Source: Bdellovibrionota bacterium (lineage in GTDB: Bacteria > Bdellovibrionota_C > UBA2361 > OMII01). From it: a stretch of 64,000 nt of DNA. This document shows positions 49,383 through 60,181 of this stretch, piece by piece. Each line of letters begins with the position of its first letter. Position 1 is the first letter of the stretch. Below the pieces are notes generated by a model. It made no database searches. It saw only the letters and a list, made by a program, of their open reading frames with translations, and was not told the DNA's origin. The translations under genes and the position numbers were made by a program. Location of the stretch: NCBI GenBank assembly GCA_044356215.1, contig JBIKWQ010000003.1:953-64952 (forward strand). The letters run 5' to 3'.

Positions 49383-50465
49383 CTACCAGGCCAACGATCC
49401 CGCTGTCTGATACTCAGTTACTCGAGTCTCGAAGAAGTTCTTCTCCTTCCCTAGATCGATCGTCTCACTCATCCAAGGGAATGGGTTCTTCGATCCATAC
49501 TGGGTCTTTAAGCCGATGCGCTCTAATCTGCGATCTGCGATGTACTGAACGTAATCACGGAACATCGGAGCAGTTAGACCAAGGATACCACGCGGCAAGC
49601 AATCAGAGGCGTACTGATACTCAAGCTCAACCGCCTGCTTAATCTTGTTGGTGATATGCTCCTGGAACTCAGGAGACCACAGCTCTGGGTTTTCAGCCTT
49701 AATGCTGTTGATCAGATCAATACCGAAGTTTAAGTGGATCGTCTCATCGCGCAAGATGTACTGGAACTGCTCCCCGATTCCGGTCATCTTATTCTGACGG
49801 TGGAACGAGAGAATCATCACGAATCCGCTGTAGAAGAAGATACCTTCCATGATTACATAGAAGCCGATCAGGTTCTCAAGGAACTTCTGAGCGCCCTCCT
49901 TTGTTGCTGTCGAGAAATCAGGACGCAGAACATCTTCGGTGAGCTGCATCTCGAATTTATCCTTCTCATTAATTGAGTTTACCTCGTTGTACATGTTGAA
50001 CACCTCGCCCTGATCAAGAGAGAGTGACTCTACGATGTAGTGGAAGGTGTGCGTATGAACCGCCTCCTCAAAAGCCTGACGCAAGAGGTACTGACGGCAC
50101 TCAGGATTTGTCACATGCTTGAAGATAGCCAATGTGATGTTGTTACCTACAAGACTCTCCGCTGTACTGAAGAATCCCAAGTTACGAAGGATCACACGAC
50201 GCTCATCAGCCGATAACTTATCAGACTTCCAGAGCTCGATATCCTTGCCCATCGGAACTTCGCTCGGCAGCCAGTTATTGGCGCAACCATTCAGATAGTG
50301 CTCCCACGCCCACTTATACTTAAGCGGCATTAGCTGATTAACATCTACCTTAGCGCAATTAATTATGCGCTTATCTGACGCCTTAATGCGCTCACTGTTC
50401 TCGCTATCGTCAGATCCGTTGTTCCCAGCGCTTCCTGTGCTACCTGCATCATCAAAATTTAACAT
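49383..50465 (-). CDS. nrdB: ribonucleotide reductase class Ia beta subunit
   Basis: It has ferritin-like di-iron ligand motifs ([10 protein letters not shown]) and a C-terminal tail. It is 360 aa and lies immediately downstream of nrdA. Confidence 0.9.
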   Translation of the reverse strand: MLNFDDAGSTGSAGNNGSDDSENSERIKASDKRIINCAKVDVNQLMPLKYKWAWEHYLNGCANNWLPSEVPMGKDIELWKSDKLSADERRVILRNLGFFSTAESLVGNNITLAIFKHVTNPECRQYLLRQAFEEAVHTHTFHYIVESLSLDQGEVFNMYNEVNSINEKDKFEMQLTEDVLRPDFSTATKEGAQKFLENLIGFYVIMEGIFFYSGFVMILSFHRQNKMTGIGEQFQYILRDETIHLNFGIDLINSIKAENPELWSPEFQEHITNKIKQAVELEYQYASDCLPRGILGLTAPMFRDYVQYIADRRLERIGLKTQYGSKNPFPWMSETIDLGKEKNFFETRVTEYQTAGSLAW

Positions 50466-50516
50466 AATAACCTCTCTTAATTTTTACTAATTATACCAAT
50501 TACTACTTAATAACTA

Positions 50517-53500
50517 TTACTGACAACTCTCACAGTCACCATCTAGCCCGCACACCTTAGGTACAGATGGCTTTGCTACCGTGACCGCCGCTTTTGTAGC
50601 TGGCTCTGAGACTTGCGCCTCATCGACAGCCTTACGCTCCACTACAACTTCAGCTGAGGCCGACTTGTTCTTCATCCAGCGTGGTTGCAAACCGCGCTTG
50701 TTGATATCAGTTGTCGACTTCTCAATCTGAGTCGCTCCGAGCGAACGGAGGTAATAAGTTGTCTTAAGACCCTTTCTCCAGGCGCTCATGTACATCTCGT
50801 GGAGCTTCTTACCGCTAGGCTCAGCAATGTACAGATTTAGCGACTGACCCATATCGATCCACTTCTGGCGACGGCTACCACACTCGATTAGCCATTCTGG
50901 CTCGATCTCAAAAGCTGTCAGGTAGACCTTCTTGAGCTCATCAGGGATACGCTCGATCTCCTGAATTGAGCCGTCGAAGTACTTTAGATCATCGATCATA
51001 TCCTCATCCCAGATGTTGAGCTTCTTTAGCTCATCAACTAGGAACTCGTTATGAACGATAAACTCACCAGACAGGTTCGACTTAGCGTAGAGATGCTTGT
51101 AGTTAGGCTCGATCGACTGGCTAACTCCTGTAATGTTGGAGATAGTCGCCGTTGGAGCGATCGCCATCGTGTTGCTGTTACGCACGCCGTGCTTCTTAAC
51201 AGCCTCACGCACCTTGCTCCAGTCGAGCTTTGTCGATGTGTCGACGTCTACATTATCGCTACCACGCTCATCTACTAGGATCTTGATGGTATCGATCGGC
51301 AACAAGCCACGATCCCACTTTGATCCCTTATATGAAGAGTAAGCACCGCGCTCAGCAGCCAACTCAGTCGAAGCCAAGATCGCGTAGTACGAGATAGCCT
51401 CCATGCTGATATCAGCGAACTTCACCGCCTCTGGGCTCGCGTAGCTAATGCGCTGCGCGTAGAGAGCATCCTGGAATCCCATGATACCTAAACCGATCGG
51501 ACGGTGCTTGAGATTTGAGCTACGCGCCTCAGCAGTCGGATAGAAGTTGATATCGATTACGTTATCAAGCATCCGCACCGCGGTCTTAACGGTCTTACCG
51601 ATCAGTTCGATATCAAGACCCTCTTTGCCCACGTGTCTGACCAGATTGACAGAACCTAGGTTACACACTGCAGTCTCATCGGCTGATGTGTTTAGTAGGA
51701 TCTCTGTGCAGAGGTTTGAGCTGTGCACAACACCTACGTGATCCTGAGGCGATCTTAGGTTCGATGGATCCTTGAAGGTAATCCATGGATGACCTGTCTC
51801 GAAGACCATGCTTAGCATCTTACGCCAGAGCGTTAGAGCCTCGATCCTCTTGAAGAGCTTGATCTCACCCCGCTCTGCTTTAGCCTCATACTCCGCGTAG
51901 CGATCCTCGAACTTCTTGCCATACAAGTCGTGAAGATCTGGTACATCACTTGGGCTAAACAACGTCCACATCCCGTTCTGAGCAACACGCTTCATGAAGA
52001 GATCCGGGATCCAGTTAGCCGTGTTCATATCGTGAGTACGACGACGCTCATCACCGGTATTCTTGCGAAGCTCGAGGAAATCCTCGATATCAAGATGCCA
52101 AGTCTCTAGGTAAGCGCACATAGCTCCCTTACGCTTGCCACCCTGATTAACAGCTACCGCAGTGTCATTAGCTACCTTAAGGAAAGGTATAACACCCTGA
52201 CTCCTGCCGTTAGTTCCCTTAATCCGAGCTCCCGTAGCGCGCACGTTAGTCCAATCGTTTCCTAGTCCCCCTGCCCACTTTGAGAGTTGCGCATCATCGG
52301 CAACACACTTAAAGATGTGCTGAAGATCATCCATCACGGTTGTGAGGTAGCACGAGCTTAGCTGCGGATGTAGAGTTCCGGCGTTAAACAACGTTGGGGT
52401 ACTTGATGTGAAGAGGAACTTGGAGAGCACATCGTAGAACTCAATAGCGCGCTCATTCTTCTTAGCGCCCTCGTTAACACTCAATCCCATCGCTACGCGC
52501 ATCCAGAAGATCTGAGGTGTCTCTAGTCGCACATCCTCGTGGTGGATCAGATAGCGATCGTAAAGGGTCTGCAAACCGAGGTACTGAAACTGAAGATCGC
52601 GCTCGAGCTTAATCGCCTTGGCTAGCTTATCTAAATCGAAATCTAGTAGCTCTGGCGCCATGCGCTCCACTGAAACACCCTTCTTTAAGCACGCCTTGAA
52701 GTAATCTTGGTGGGCCTTCTCAAGGTTCTTATTGTAACCATCGACGTTCATAGTCTCGCGATAGATGATATCGAGAAGCAGACGCGCCGCTACTAAGGAG
52801 TATGCTGGATCCTTCTCAATCTTCGACCTCGCCGCCATGATGTTGGCTTGATCGATCTCCTCTAGCTTAATTCCCTGGTAGAAGTTCTTGATAGACTCTT
52901 GAAGGATCTCCTCGCCAGAAACTAGATTCTCTAGCCCCGCGCAAGCGTACTGAATACGCGAACGCAACTGACCTTCGGTAATCTGAAGCTCTTCTCCCTT
53001 CGCTCCCGAAACCTTAAAGGTCTGGCCGGCATCAACTGGAGCGACTAACTCGCGAACCTCAACCTTAGCTGTCGCTGGCTGCTCAGTCTCTAGCATCCGC
53101 TGCGCGGCGCGCTGAGCTCGATAAATGATAAAGTCCTTGGCTACCTGATAGTACCCCTCGGCCATCATCTGGCGCTCGACTTCGTCCTGAATCAACTCTA
53201 CATGTAACTCAGTGCCTTCGCGCGATAGCTGCTTAGCGCGAGCTACTACTTTGTTAGTTAAAAGGTTAACGGAGTCGATAACCTCTTGTGATGTTGGACC
53301 ATCGATCTTCATTGACGCCCGAAAAGCGCGCTCGAGCGCTGAAGCGATCTTCATCGGATTAAAACGAACTACTGTTGAACCATCACGGCGGGTGATCTTT
53401 AAGCTGCGAGGGGAGTCATCGCGAGCGGACTTGTGCTCATCGCGGTAGATGATGTAGTTGCGCGCCACATCATAGAGCTCTGCCTGCATTAACTTAACTT

Positions 53501-53828
53501 CTACAGTGTCCTGGATCCCCTCTACGGTAACGCAGGCACCCTTGGCGGCTTCGATAGCTACTGCCTCAACTACCTCGTTGGTTACCTGTTGGGCCACGCT
53601 GTAAAGATTCTGCGGAAGGGGCGCGCTTGGGGCTATCGAGTTGGTGGCGCGCAGAGCAAGCTCAATCGCTCTAAAGATCCTAGAACGGCGGAAAGGAACT
53701 AGCTGACCATCCCTTTTTACTACCGTACAGTTCTCTAGCTCAGCCGCAGATATCGCCTGAACCCCCTTCTTGGCTAAGAGTCCGTTTAACTGTCCACTCC
53801 CTTGCATCTCTCCCGCTGCTACTGTCAT
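50517..53828 (-). CDS. nrdA: ribonucleotide reductase class Ia alpha subunit with two (possibly three) N-terminal ATP-cone domains
   Basis: 1103 aa. Two VxKRDG...IIYR ATP-cone units are present (VVKRDGQLVPF... and ITRRDGSTVVRF...). It has the catalytic Cys/Glu region (NLCTEI) and a C-terminal CxxC tail (CESCQ). Confidence 0.95.
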   Translation of the reverse strand: MTVAAGEMQGSGQLNGLLAKKGVQAISAAELENCTVVKRDGQLVPFRRSRIFRAIELALRATNSIAPSAPLPQNLYSVAQQVTNEVVEAVAIEAAKGACVTVEGIQDTVEVKLMQAELYDVARNYIIYRDEHKSARDDSPRSLKITRRDGSTVVRFNPMKIASALERAFRASMKIDGPTSQEVIDSVNLLTNKVVARAKQLSREGTELHVELIQDEVERQMMAEGYYQVAKDFIIYRAQRAAQRMLETEQPATAKVEVRELVAPVDAGQTFKVSGAKGEELQITEGQLRSRIQYACAGLENLVSGEEILQESIKNFYQGIKLEEIDQANIMAARSKIEKDPAYSLVAARLLLDIIYRETMNVDGYNKNLEKAHQDYFKACLKKGVSVERMAPELLDFDLDKLAKAIKLERDLQFQYLGLQTLYDRYLIHHEDVRLETPQIFWMRVAMGLSVNEGAKKNERAIEFYDVLSKFLFTSSTPTLFNAGTLHPQLSSCYLTTVMDDLQHIFKCVADDAQLSKWAGGLGNDWTNVRATGARIKGTNGRSQGVIPFLKVANDTAVAVNQGGKRKGAMCAYLETWHLDIEDFLELRKNTGDERRRTHDMNTANWIPDLFMKRVAQNGMWTLFSPSDVPDLHDLYGKKFEDRYAEYEAKAERGEIKLFKRIEALTLWRKMLSMVFETGHPWITFKDPSNLRSPQDHVGVVHSSNLCTEILLNTSADETAVCNLGSVNLVRHVGKEGLDIELIGKTVKTAVRMLDNVIDINFYPTAEARSSNLKHRPIGLGIMGFQDALYAQRISYASPEAVKFADISMEAISYYAILASTELAAERGAYSSYKGSKWDRGLLPIDTIKILVDERGSDNVDVDTSTKLDWSKVREAVKKHGVRNSNTMAIAPTATISNITGVSQSIEPNYKHLYAKSNLSGEFIVHNEFLVDELKKLNIWDEDMIDDLKYFDGSIQEIERIPDELKKVYLTAFEIEPEWLIECGSRRQKWIDMGQSLNLYIAEPSGKKLHEMYMSAWRKGLKTTYYLRSLGATQIEKSTTDINKRGLQPRWMKNKSASAEVVVERKAVDEAQVSEPATKAAVTVAKPSVPKVCGLDGDCESCQ

Positions 53829-53991
53829 ACCGCCCTTATTCCCTTTCTATCGTTTTATCAGTCCTTGTTAGCACCTGATATCAACTAGTTAACGCCGCTT
53901 TAGACAATGAGGTACCGTTCGCTTATTTCTAAGCGTTTTTCGGACCCACCGTTGCACTTCTAAATGTAATATTAGTTTTTAGAGCAACCAA

Positions 53992-54040
53992 CTACTATAT
54001 GTAGTAGCCACTCAACGAACCAACCACAATATATATGTAC
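53992..54040 (-). promoter_or_regulatory. two NrdR-box-like AT-core palindromes upstream of nrdA
   Basis: Box A is CTACTATATGTAGTAG (53992-54007). It is a 6-bp-arm palindrome resembling the NrdR consensus acaCwAtATaTwGtgt. Box B is CACAATATATATGTAC (54025-54040), which is an imperfect match. The centres are about 33 bp apart, roughly 170-210 bp upstream of the nrdA start. Confidence 0.3.
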
Positions 54041-54318
54041 GAGGTTGGCAATAAAGTTGTCCATACGAAAATGTATGCTTACCGCAAAAAAAATATTTTT
54101 GCGGGCTAAGCTCCACTAAGAACTACGCTTTTCAAAATGAAACTGCTTTCTATCTTTGTGCGGCCTACCAGAAAGGCCTCTCTGAATCCTAATCCGCTCG
54201 ATTAAGTCACTAATATAGCTACATTTTTATCTTTTTATGGATCTAGCGGATATGTACACCTAATATTTTTCAAATTTAGTTTGAAAACCAGGTCTATTGG
54301 CATTACCTCTCTTTTGTG

Positions 54319-54789
54319 TCACCGCTGCGGCGATAGCTCCTTGGCCCGCTCGAAACCGAAGTTCTCGAGGTACCACAAGATCCCCTCGACATTTGACTCA
54401 TCTGATCCGTGACACGCGCACGATACGTACTGAATCACATCATCAAAGCTGGCCGTTAGATCTTTAAAACCCAGCCACTGATAAACCTCAACTATTCGCG
54501 AGATCCACTCAGACAAGCTGAAATCACTACATTGCGCGCGCTCAAAGAGATCCGGTAACGCCGAACTTGCGGTCGGTGTCCCCTTACATTCTTTGTAAGT
54601 GTAGCGCGCGAACTTTGAGGCTAGCTCCGCTGAGATAACGCTAAAGGCCTCTCTTTGATAAGTGTTAAGTCGCGCAAGCGAGAAAGAAGTCTCTAATATC
54701 TCTAACGAGTCCATTCGGCTCTCTCTCATAAATCGCGCGGCAAAAACGTACGGACAACTTGTTCTATCGACGAAAACGCCGCGGCTCAA
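54319..54789 (-). CDS. hypothetical protein
   Basis: 156-aa ORF between metH and nrdA. A likely real start is an internal Met (MDSLEILE...). I recognised no family. Confidence 0.4.
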   Translation of the reverse strand: MSRGVFVDRTSCPYVFAARFMRESRMDSLEILETSFSLARLNTYQREAFSVISAELASKFARYTYKECKGTPTASSALPDLFERAQCSDFSLSEWISRIVEVYQWLGFKDLTASFDDVIQYVSCACHGSDESNVEGILWYLENFGFERAKELSPQR

Positions 54790-54805
54790 TCAGACACCGA
54801 ACTCC

Positions 54806-57800
54806 CTAATATCCCAGATTAGGCGCCAACCAACGCTCGGCTTCCTCTATTGATATCCCTTTTCGCTTAGCGTAATCCATAACTTGATCGCGGTCGATCT
54901 TACCAACATTGAAATACTTCGCTTGCGCGTTAGCGAAGTAATAACCAGAAACGCTACTCGCTGGAGTCATCGCGAAATTCTCTGTAAGCGATAATCCGAT
55001 AGCATCTTTCACCTTTAAAAGATCCCAAATCTTGGACTTCTCTGTGTGATCTGGACACGCCGGATATCCCGGCGCTGGGCGGATTCCTCGATATTCCTCA
55101 TTAATTAACTGCTCAACTGACAAAGCTTCATCCTTGCCGTAGCTCCACAACTTGCGCGCCTCTTGGTGCGCGTATTCAGCAAGAGCCTCAGCAAATCGGT
55201 CGCCAATAGCCTTCACCATAATCGATTGATAATCATCACCGCGTTGCTCATACTCACCAGCAAGCCTCTCTACACCGTGACAAACAACGGCGAAGGCGCC
55301 GATATAGTCGGTTATCTTATGCTCCTTAGGCGCCACATAATCCGCTAAGCAGAGGTTATGCAAGCCTTGCCGCTCCCTCTGCTGACGCAGGAAACACAAC
55401 CTCTCCACCTCGTGCAGACACCTCTCATCGTCATAGATCACGATATCATCGTGATCTCCGCGCGCCGGGAAAAATCCCAATACAGCCTCAAGCCTAAAAC
55501 TCTTATCCTTGATGATTTGCTCTATTAAGACATTCGCCTCATGAAAGATCTCTCGCGCCTGCTCGCCATAAGATTTGTTACTTAAAATACTTGGATACGA
55601 TCCTTTAAGTTCCCAGGTCCAGAAAAGCGGGGACCAATCAAAAAGCTTGTATACCTCGCGAAGATCTATCTCGCGATAAACTTTCACCCCCAGAGCCTCG
55701 GGAGCTGCGATAGAGTCCACACTACACTTAAACTTATTCTCTCTAGCGCGCTCTATCGACACAAATGACTGCTCCTCACGTCCCGCCGCGAAAACCCGTC
55801 GTTGCTCTTCCTGAGCTACTTTTAAATTCCTTACGTAATCACCGCGGCGCTCTTTGCTGATGAGGTTAGCGCACACCTCTACCGCGAGAGACGCGTCCGC
55901 TACATGCGCAACCGCGCCAGTGTAATTAGGCGCCAATTTAATAGCTGTATGTGGACGAGATGTAGTCGCTCCGCCAATTAGAACTGGGATATTAACCCCC
56001 TCGCGCTCAAACTCCTTTAAGTTGTTAGCCATCTCATCTAACGACGGGGTGATCAGACCACTCATACCGATTAGGTCTGCGTTGTGCTCGCGCGCGGCTT
56101 TTAGGATCTCGTTACACTGAACCATTACCCCGAGGTCGACTACTTTGTATCCGTTACAAGCTAAAACGACCCCTACTATATTCTTACCGATATCGTGCAC
56201 ATCGCCCTTAACTGTAGCGATCACAAACGTCTTCTGTTGCGCGCTACTGCCCAGAGCCGCTTTTTCCGCCTCCATGAAAGGCTCAAGGTAGGCGACCGCC
56301 TTCTTCATCACCCGAGCGCTCTTGACCACCTGTGGCAGGAACATCTTTCCAGCGCCGAAGAGATCTCCAACATGCTTCATCCCATCCATTAGCGGCCCCT
56401 CAATAACCGCTAAGGGCTTCCCAAGAGCTACACGCGCCTCCTCAGTATCGACTTCGATAAAATCAACTATACCTTTTACTAGAGCATGCGAGACGCGTTC
56501 CGCTAGAGGTAGCTGGCGCCACGCGACGACGGATTCAGCCTCTCGCTCCTTTGATTGACCTTTAAATCTCTCGGCGTATTGGATTAAAGCTTCAGTAGCG
56601 TCACTATCTCGGCACAGAATCACATCTTCTACCCGCTTCAAAAGCTCTGGCTCTATCTCCTCATACACCTCAAGCATACCGGCGTTGACTATACCCATAT
56701 CGAGGCCAGCTTTTATGGCGTGATATAAAAACACCGCGTGCATTGCCTCACGCACTCGATTATTTCCCCTAAAAGAGAAAGAAACGTTGCTGATTCCTCC
56801 ACTTGTTAAACACCCGGGGCAGGTAGCTTTTATCTCGCGTACAGCCTCGATAAAATCGAGCGCGTATGAATTATGCTCCTCTATGCCCGTAGCCACGGTC
56901 AGCACATTCGGATCGAATATAATATCGTGCGGAGCTATCCCAACTTCCTCTGTCAGTATCCTAAAAGCGCGTTGCGATATCCTGACTTTATCCTCTAGAG
57001 TCGCCGCTTGCCCTCGCTCATCGAAGGCCATCACCACCATCGCCGCTCCATAGCGCGCTATGGTCCCAGCCTGCTCCTTAAAACGCTCCTCTCCCTCTTT
57101 AAGGCTAATAGAATTAACGATCGCCTTACCCTGAACGCACTGCAGTCCCGCCTCAAGCACCGACCACTTCGAGCTATCGATCATGATAGGAACTCGAGCT
57201 ATGTCAGGCTCACTGGCTATGAGGTTCAAGAAGCGGCGCATGCACGCCTCACTATCTAAAAGTCCCTCATCAAAATTTACATCGATAATATTAGCGCCAT
57301 TCTCAACTTGCTGCCTGGCTATCGCTAGCGCCTCCTCGAATTTATCCTGTTCGATTAGAGCTTTGAATTTAGGCGAACCCGTCACGTTAGAGCGCTCGCC
57401 CACTAAGATAAACGGATTGTCTGGAGCGATTACTAACGGTTCAAGTCCCGCGAGGGCCAAGCGACCGCTTGCCGCTGGTGTAATTCGCGGTTTCAAATCT
57501 GCCACCCTAGAACGGATCGCCTCGATATGTTCAGGTGTTGTACCACAACACCCTCCGACTATATTTAACAGCCCCTCATCGGCGACCGCTCCTAAAGCAT
57601 TAGAGGTATCAACTGGGGTCTCATCGTACCCGGTCTCACTTAGTGGATTCGGCAGTCCGGCGTTTGGGTAGCAGCTGATAAAGCAATCAGCGACCGAGGC
57701 CAAATCCCTCAAGTAAGGTCGCATCTCATGGGCTCCGAGAGCGCAGTTTATTCCTACGCTAATCGGTCGAGCATGTTGAACTGAATACCAGAATGCCCTA

Positions 57801-58501
57801 GCAGTCTGCCCCGATAGTGTCCTTCCGGATTGGTCAGTGATCGTAACCGATATCATCACCGGCATCCGTTTTCCGATCTGCTCAAAAACTCGCTCTGTGG
57901 CGCTAATCGCCGCTTTCGCGTTTAAGGTGTCGAATATCGTCTCCACCAACAGGATATCCACACCCTCTTCCACGAGAACCAAAGCCTGCTCGTAGTAGCT
58001 ATCCTCTAACTGCTTGTAGGTTACGGCCCTAAAGGCAGGGTTGTTTACATCTGGCGAGAGCGACGCAGTGCGGTTGGTTGGCCCTATCGCGCCCGCGACA
58101 AATATACGCCGAGATGGTTGCTTTTGCTTGACTAACGCGACCGCCTCTTTAGCCAATCGCGCCCCCATGCGGTTTAGATCTTGGACATACTTCTCAAGGG
58201 CGTAGTCGGCCTGCGCTATCGATGTTGATGAGAAGGTATTCGTCTCTATTACATCTGAACCAGCAAGGAGATACTTAGTGTGAATTTCACGAACAATCTC
58301 CGGCCTAGTGATATTTAATAGGTCGTTATTACCTTTAAGGAGCTGCGGGTGATTCGCTAAAGCCTGGTCTCTAAAATCTCCTTCTTCAAGTCGATACCCT
58401 TGAATCATAGTACCCATGCCGCCGTCTAAAATGACGTGGCGCTCACGCAAGAGGTCGGTAATATCGGCGAAGGAGTCGGTGTATTTCATGTAACTACTCA
58501 C
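54806..58501 (-). CDS. metH: cobalamin-dependent methionine synthase
   Basis: 1231 aa with Hcy-binding, pterin-binding, B12-binding (DxHxxG: GDVHDIGKN) and AdoMet-activation domains. Confidence 0.95.
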   Translation of the reverse strand: MSSYMKYTDSFADITDLLRERHVILDGGMGTMIQGYRLEEGDFRDQALANHPQLLKGNNDLLNITRPEIVREIHTKYLLAGSDVIETNTFSSTSIAQADYALEKYVQDLNRMGARLAKEAVALVKQKQPSRRIFVAGAIGPTNRTASLSPDVNNPAFRAVTYKQLEDSYYEQALVLVEEGVDILLVETIFDTLNAKAAISATERVFEQIGKRMPVMISVTITDQSGRTLSGQTARAFWYSVQHARPISVGINCALGAHEMRPYLRDLASVADCFISCYPNAGLPNPLSETGYDETPVDTSNALGAVADEGLLNIVGGCCGTTPEHIEAIRSRVADLKPRITPAASGRLALAGLEPLVIAPDNPFILVGERSNVTGSPKFKALIEQDKFEEALAIARQQVENGANIIDVNFDEGLLDSEACMRRFLNLIASEPDIARVPIMIDSSKWSVLEAGLQCVQGKAIVNSISLKEGEERFKEQAGTIARYGAAMVVMAFDERGQAATLEDKVRISQRAFRILTEEVGIAPHDIIFDPNVLTVATGIEEHNSYALDFIEAVREIKATCPGCLTSGGISNVSFSFRGNNRVREAMHAVFLYHAIKAGLDMGIVNAGMLEVYEEIEPELLKRVEDVILCRDSDATEALIQYAERFKGQSKEREAESVVAWRQLPLAERVSHALVKGIVDFIEVDTEEARVALGKPLAVIEGPLMDGMKHVGDLFGAGKMFLPQVVKSARVMKKAVAYLEPFMEAEKAALGSSAQQKTFVIATVKGDVHDIGKNIVGVVLACNGYKVVDLGVMVQCNEILKAAREHNADLIGMSGLITPSLDEMANNLKEFEREGVNIPVLIGGATTSRPHTAIKLAPNYTGAVAHVADASLAVEVCANLISKERRGDYVRNLKVAQEEQRRVFAAGREEQSFVSIERARENKFKCSVDSIAAPEALGVKVYREIDLREVYKLFDWSPLFWTWELKGSYPSILSNKSYGEQAREIFHEANVLIEQIIKDKSFRLEAVLGFFPARGDHDDIVIYDDERCLHEVERLCFLRQQRERQGLHNLCLADYVAPKEHKITDYIGAFAVVCHGVERLAGEYEQRGDDYQSIMVKAIGDRFAEALAEYAHQEARKLWSYGKDEALSVEQLINEEYRGIRPAPGYPACPDHTEKSKIWDLLKVKDAIGLSLTENFAMTPASSVSGYYFANAQAKYFNVGKIDRDQVMDYAKRKGISIEEAERWLAPNLGY

Positions 58502-58640
58502 CGGAGTTTTTGGATCGTTGCAGTCATTATATCGCTAAATAGAGGCGCCGTTAGATTAGCAGATGAGATCAGACCTTTCAAACCAGAGACTTAAGCGTAA
58601 CTCTTGCCTCCGGCGCAAATAAATCGGATCTTACGACAGT

Positions 58641-59762
58641 ATGAATAAAAACAGCTCTTTTAGCCTAAAAACGCTTACTATCTCGGCACTGCTCGGAGCA
58701 GTCATCGTTTTACTGTCATACGTATTTTTCAGGCGAGTCGCATATCAACCAACAAATCTAGCTAAACCCCGCCCTATCGCCAGCCGCGCAGATCTCGGCG
58801 ATGACGAAACCTCCACTATCAAGCTATTTGAAAACGCCCAAGCCTCGGTGGTCTATATAACGAGCTTGTCGGTAGAGCGTGATTTTATCAGCATGAACGT
58901 CTTTGAGATCCCGCAAGGAGCCGGTTCGGGTTTTATCTGGGACAGCTCTGGTCACATAGTCACAAATTTCCACCTTATTCAAAACGCGCAAGCTGCCACG
59001 GTAACTCTCTCTGATCAATCTATCCATCAGGCGAAGCTAATTGGGGCGGAACCTGATAAAGATATCGCCGTTCTGAAGATAGAAGGCGCTGACTTACGTT
59101 TCATTCCGATACCTATTGGGACATCAAAGGATCTCCGTGTCGGTCAAAAGGTCTTCGCTATCGGTAATCCTTTCGGCTTTGATCACACATTGACTACGGG
59201 AATAATAAGTGGACTCGGTCGTGAGATCAGGTCTGTTACTGAACGACCGATTCAGGGAGTGATTCAAACAGACGCCGCAATTAATCCAGGGAACTCAGGC
59301 GGACCGCTGCTCGATAGCTCTGGACGCTTAATCGGTATGAATACCGCGATAGTTAGCCCATCAGGGGCGTATTCAGGGATCGGATTTGCGGTGCCTGTTG
59401 ATACTATTAATCGAATCGTTCCTCAGATCATAAAAACCGGTAAAGCGACCAAGCCAGGCCTCGGTATTCGTGTGATTGAGAGCGATCTAGCCCGCAAACA
59501 CGGGGTGATCGGCGCGATCGTCGCTAATGTTTTACCTGGATCACCCGCAGAGAAGATCGGCTTAGAGGGGATTCACCGCTTAGCGAACGGGGCTATAGAG
59601 CTAGGCGATGTGATAACAGCGATAGATGATCTACCTGTTGAGGATGGAAACGATCTCCTAAGGGTACTAGACGAAAAAGCGCCTGGGGATAAAGTAACTC
59701 TACAGATAAATCGACGCGGCAAGTCCCGCGCCGAGACGGCGCGGTTAGGGATCATTGAATAA
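58641..59762 (+). CDS. periplasmic serine endoprotease, DegS/HhoB-like (trypsin domain plus one PDZ)
   Basis: It has an N-terminal TM/signal and the catalytic triad context (HxxTN, D, GNSGGPL), followed by one PDZ domain. It is 373 aa. Confidence 0.9.
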   Translation: MNKNSSFSLKTLTISALLGAVIVLLSYVFFRRVAYQPTNLAKPRPIASRADLGDDETSTIKLFENAQASVVYITSLSVERDFISMNVFEIPQGAGSGFIWDSSGHIVTNFHLIQNAQAATVTLSDQSIHQAKLIGAEPDKDIAVLKIEGADLRFIPIPIGTSKDLRVGQKVFAIGNPFGFDHTLTTGIISGLGREIRSVTERPIQGVIQTDAAINPGNSGGPLLDSSGRLIGMNTAIVSPSGAYSGIGFAVPVDTINRIVPQIIKTGKATKPGLGIRVIESDLARKHGVIGAIVANVLPGSPAEKIGLEGIHRLANGAIELGDVITAIDDLPVEDGNDLLRVLDEKAPGDKVTLQINRRGKSRAETARLGIIE

Positions 59763-59814
59763 AACCTGCGCTCATGATTTTTAATAAAAATCATTATGAA
59801 TTGCTCGGTTTAGT

Positions 59815-60165
59815 TTAACCCAAAAGCTTCTCGACCTCCTGAAGATCTATCGGCTTAGTCAGATGGCCGTCGCATCCAGACTCCCCACTTTTTATCTTAT
59901 CTTGCTCAGATCCCCACCCCGTTACCGCTATTATTCGCGGAGTCTTTCCGTTTGGCATCTCACGTATATAGCGCGCCACCTCATATCCATTCATCCCCGG
60001 TAGACCGATATCAAGAAAAACAAACTCAGGCATCTCTCTTTTGACACACTCGATAGCCTCAAGACCGGTATGAGCCACGACCGCTGAGTGCCCAAGAAGC
60101 TCAAGAAACAACTGAAAGCTTACAGCGCCATCAACATTATCATCTACGACTAATATCTTCCTCAT
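59815..60165 (-). CDS. single-domain response regulator (CheY-like receiver)
   Basis: The receiver starts MRKILVVDDN, has the phospho-acceptor Asp in FVFLDIGLP and a conserved K (HLTKP). I preferred the ATG at 60165 with a GGTGAG RBS over the track start at 60282, which would overlap the kinase gene by 100 bp. Confidence 0.8.
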   Translation of the reverse strand: MRKILVVDDNVDGAVSFQLFLELLGHSAVVAHTGLEAIECVKREMPEFVFLDIGLPGMNGYEVARYIREMPNGKTPRIIAVTGWGSEQDKIKSGESGCDGHLTKPIDLQEVEKLLG

Positions 60166-60181
60166 CGCATAACTCACCGAA

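Noticed and set aside
58502-58640. Possible cobalamin riboswitch upstream of metH
   Set aside because: B12 riboswitches normally control metE or btuB, not metH. I could not find a B12-box (conserved GCCACTG-type core).
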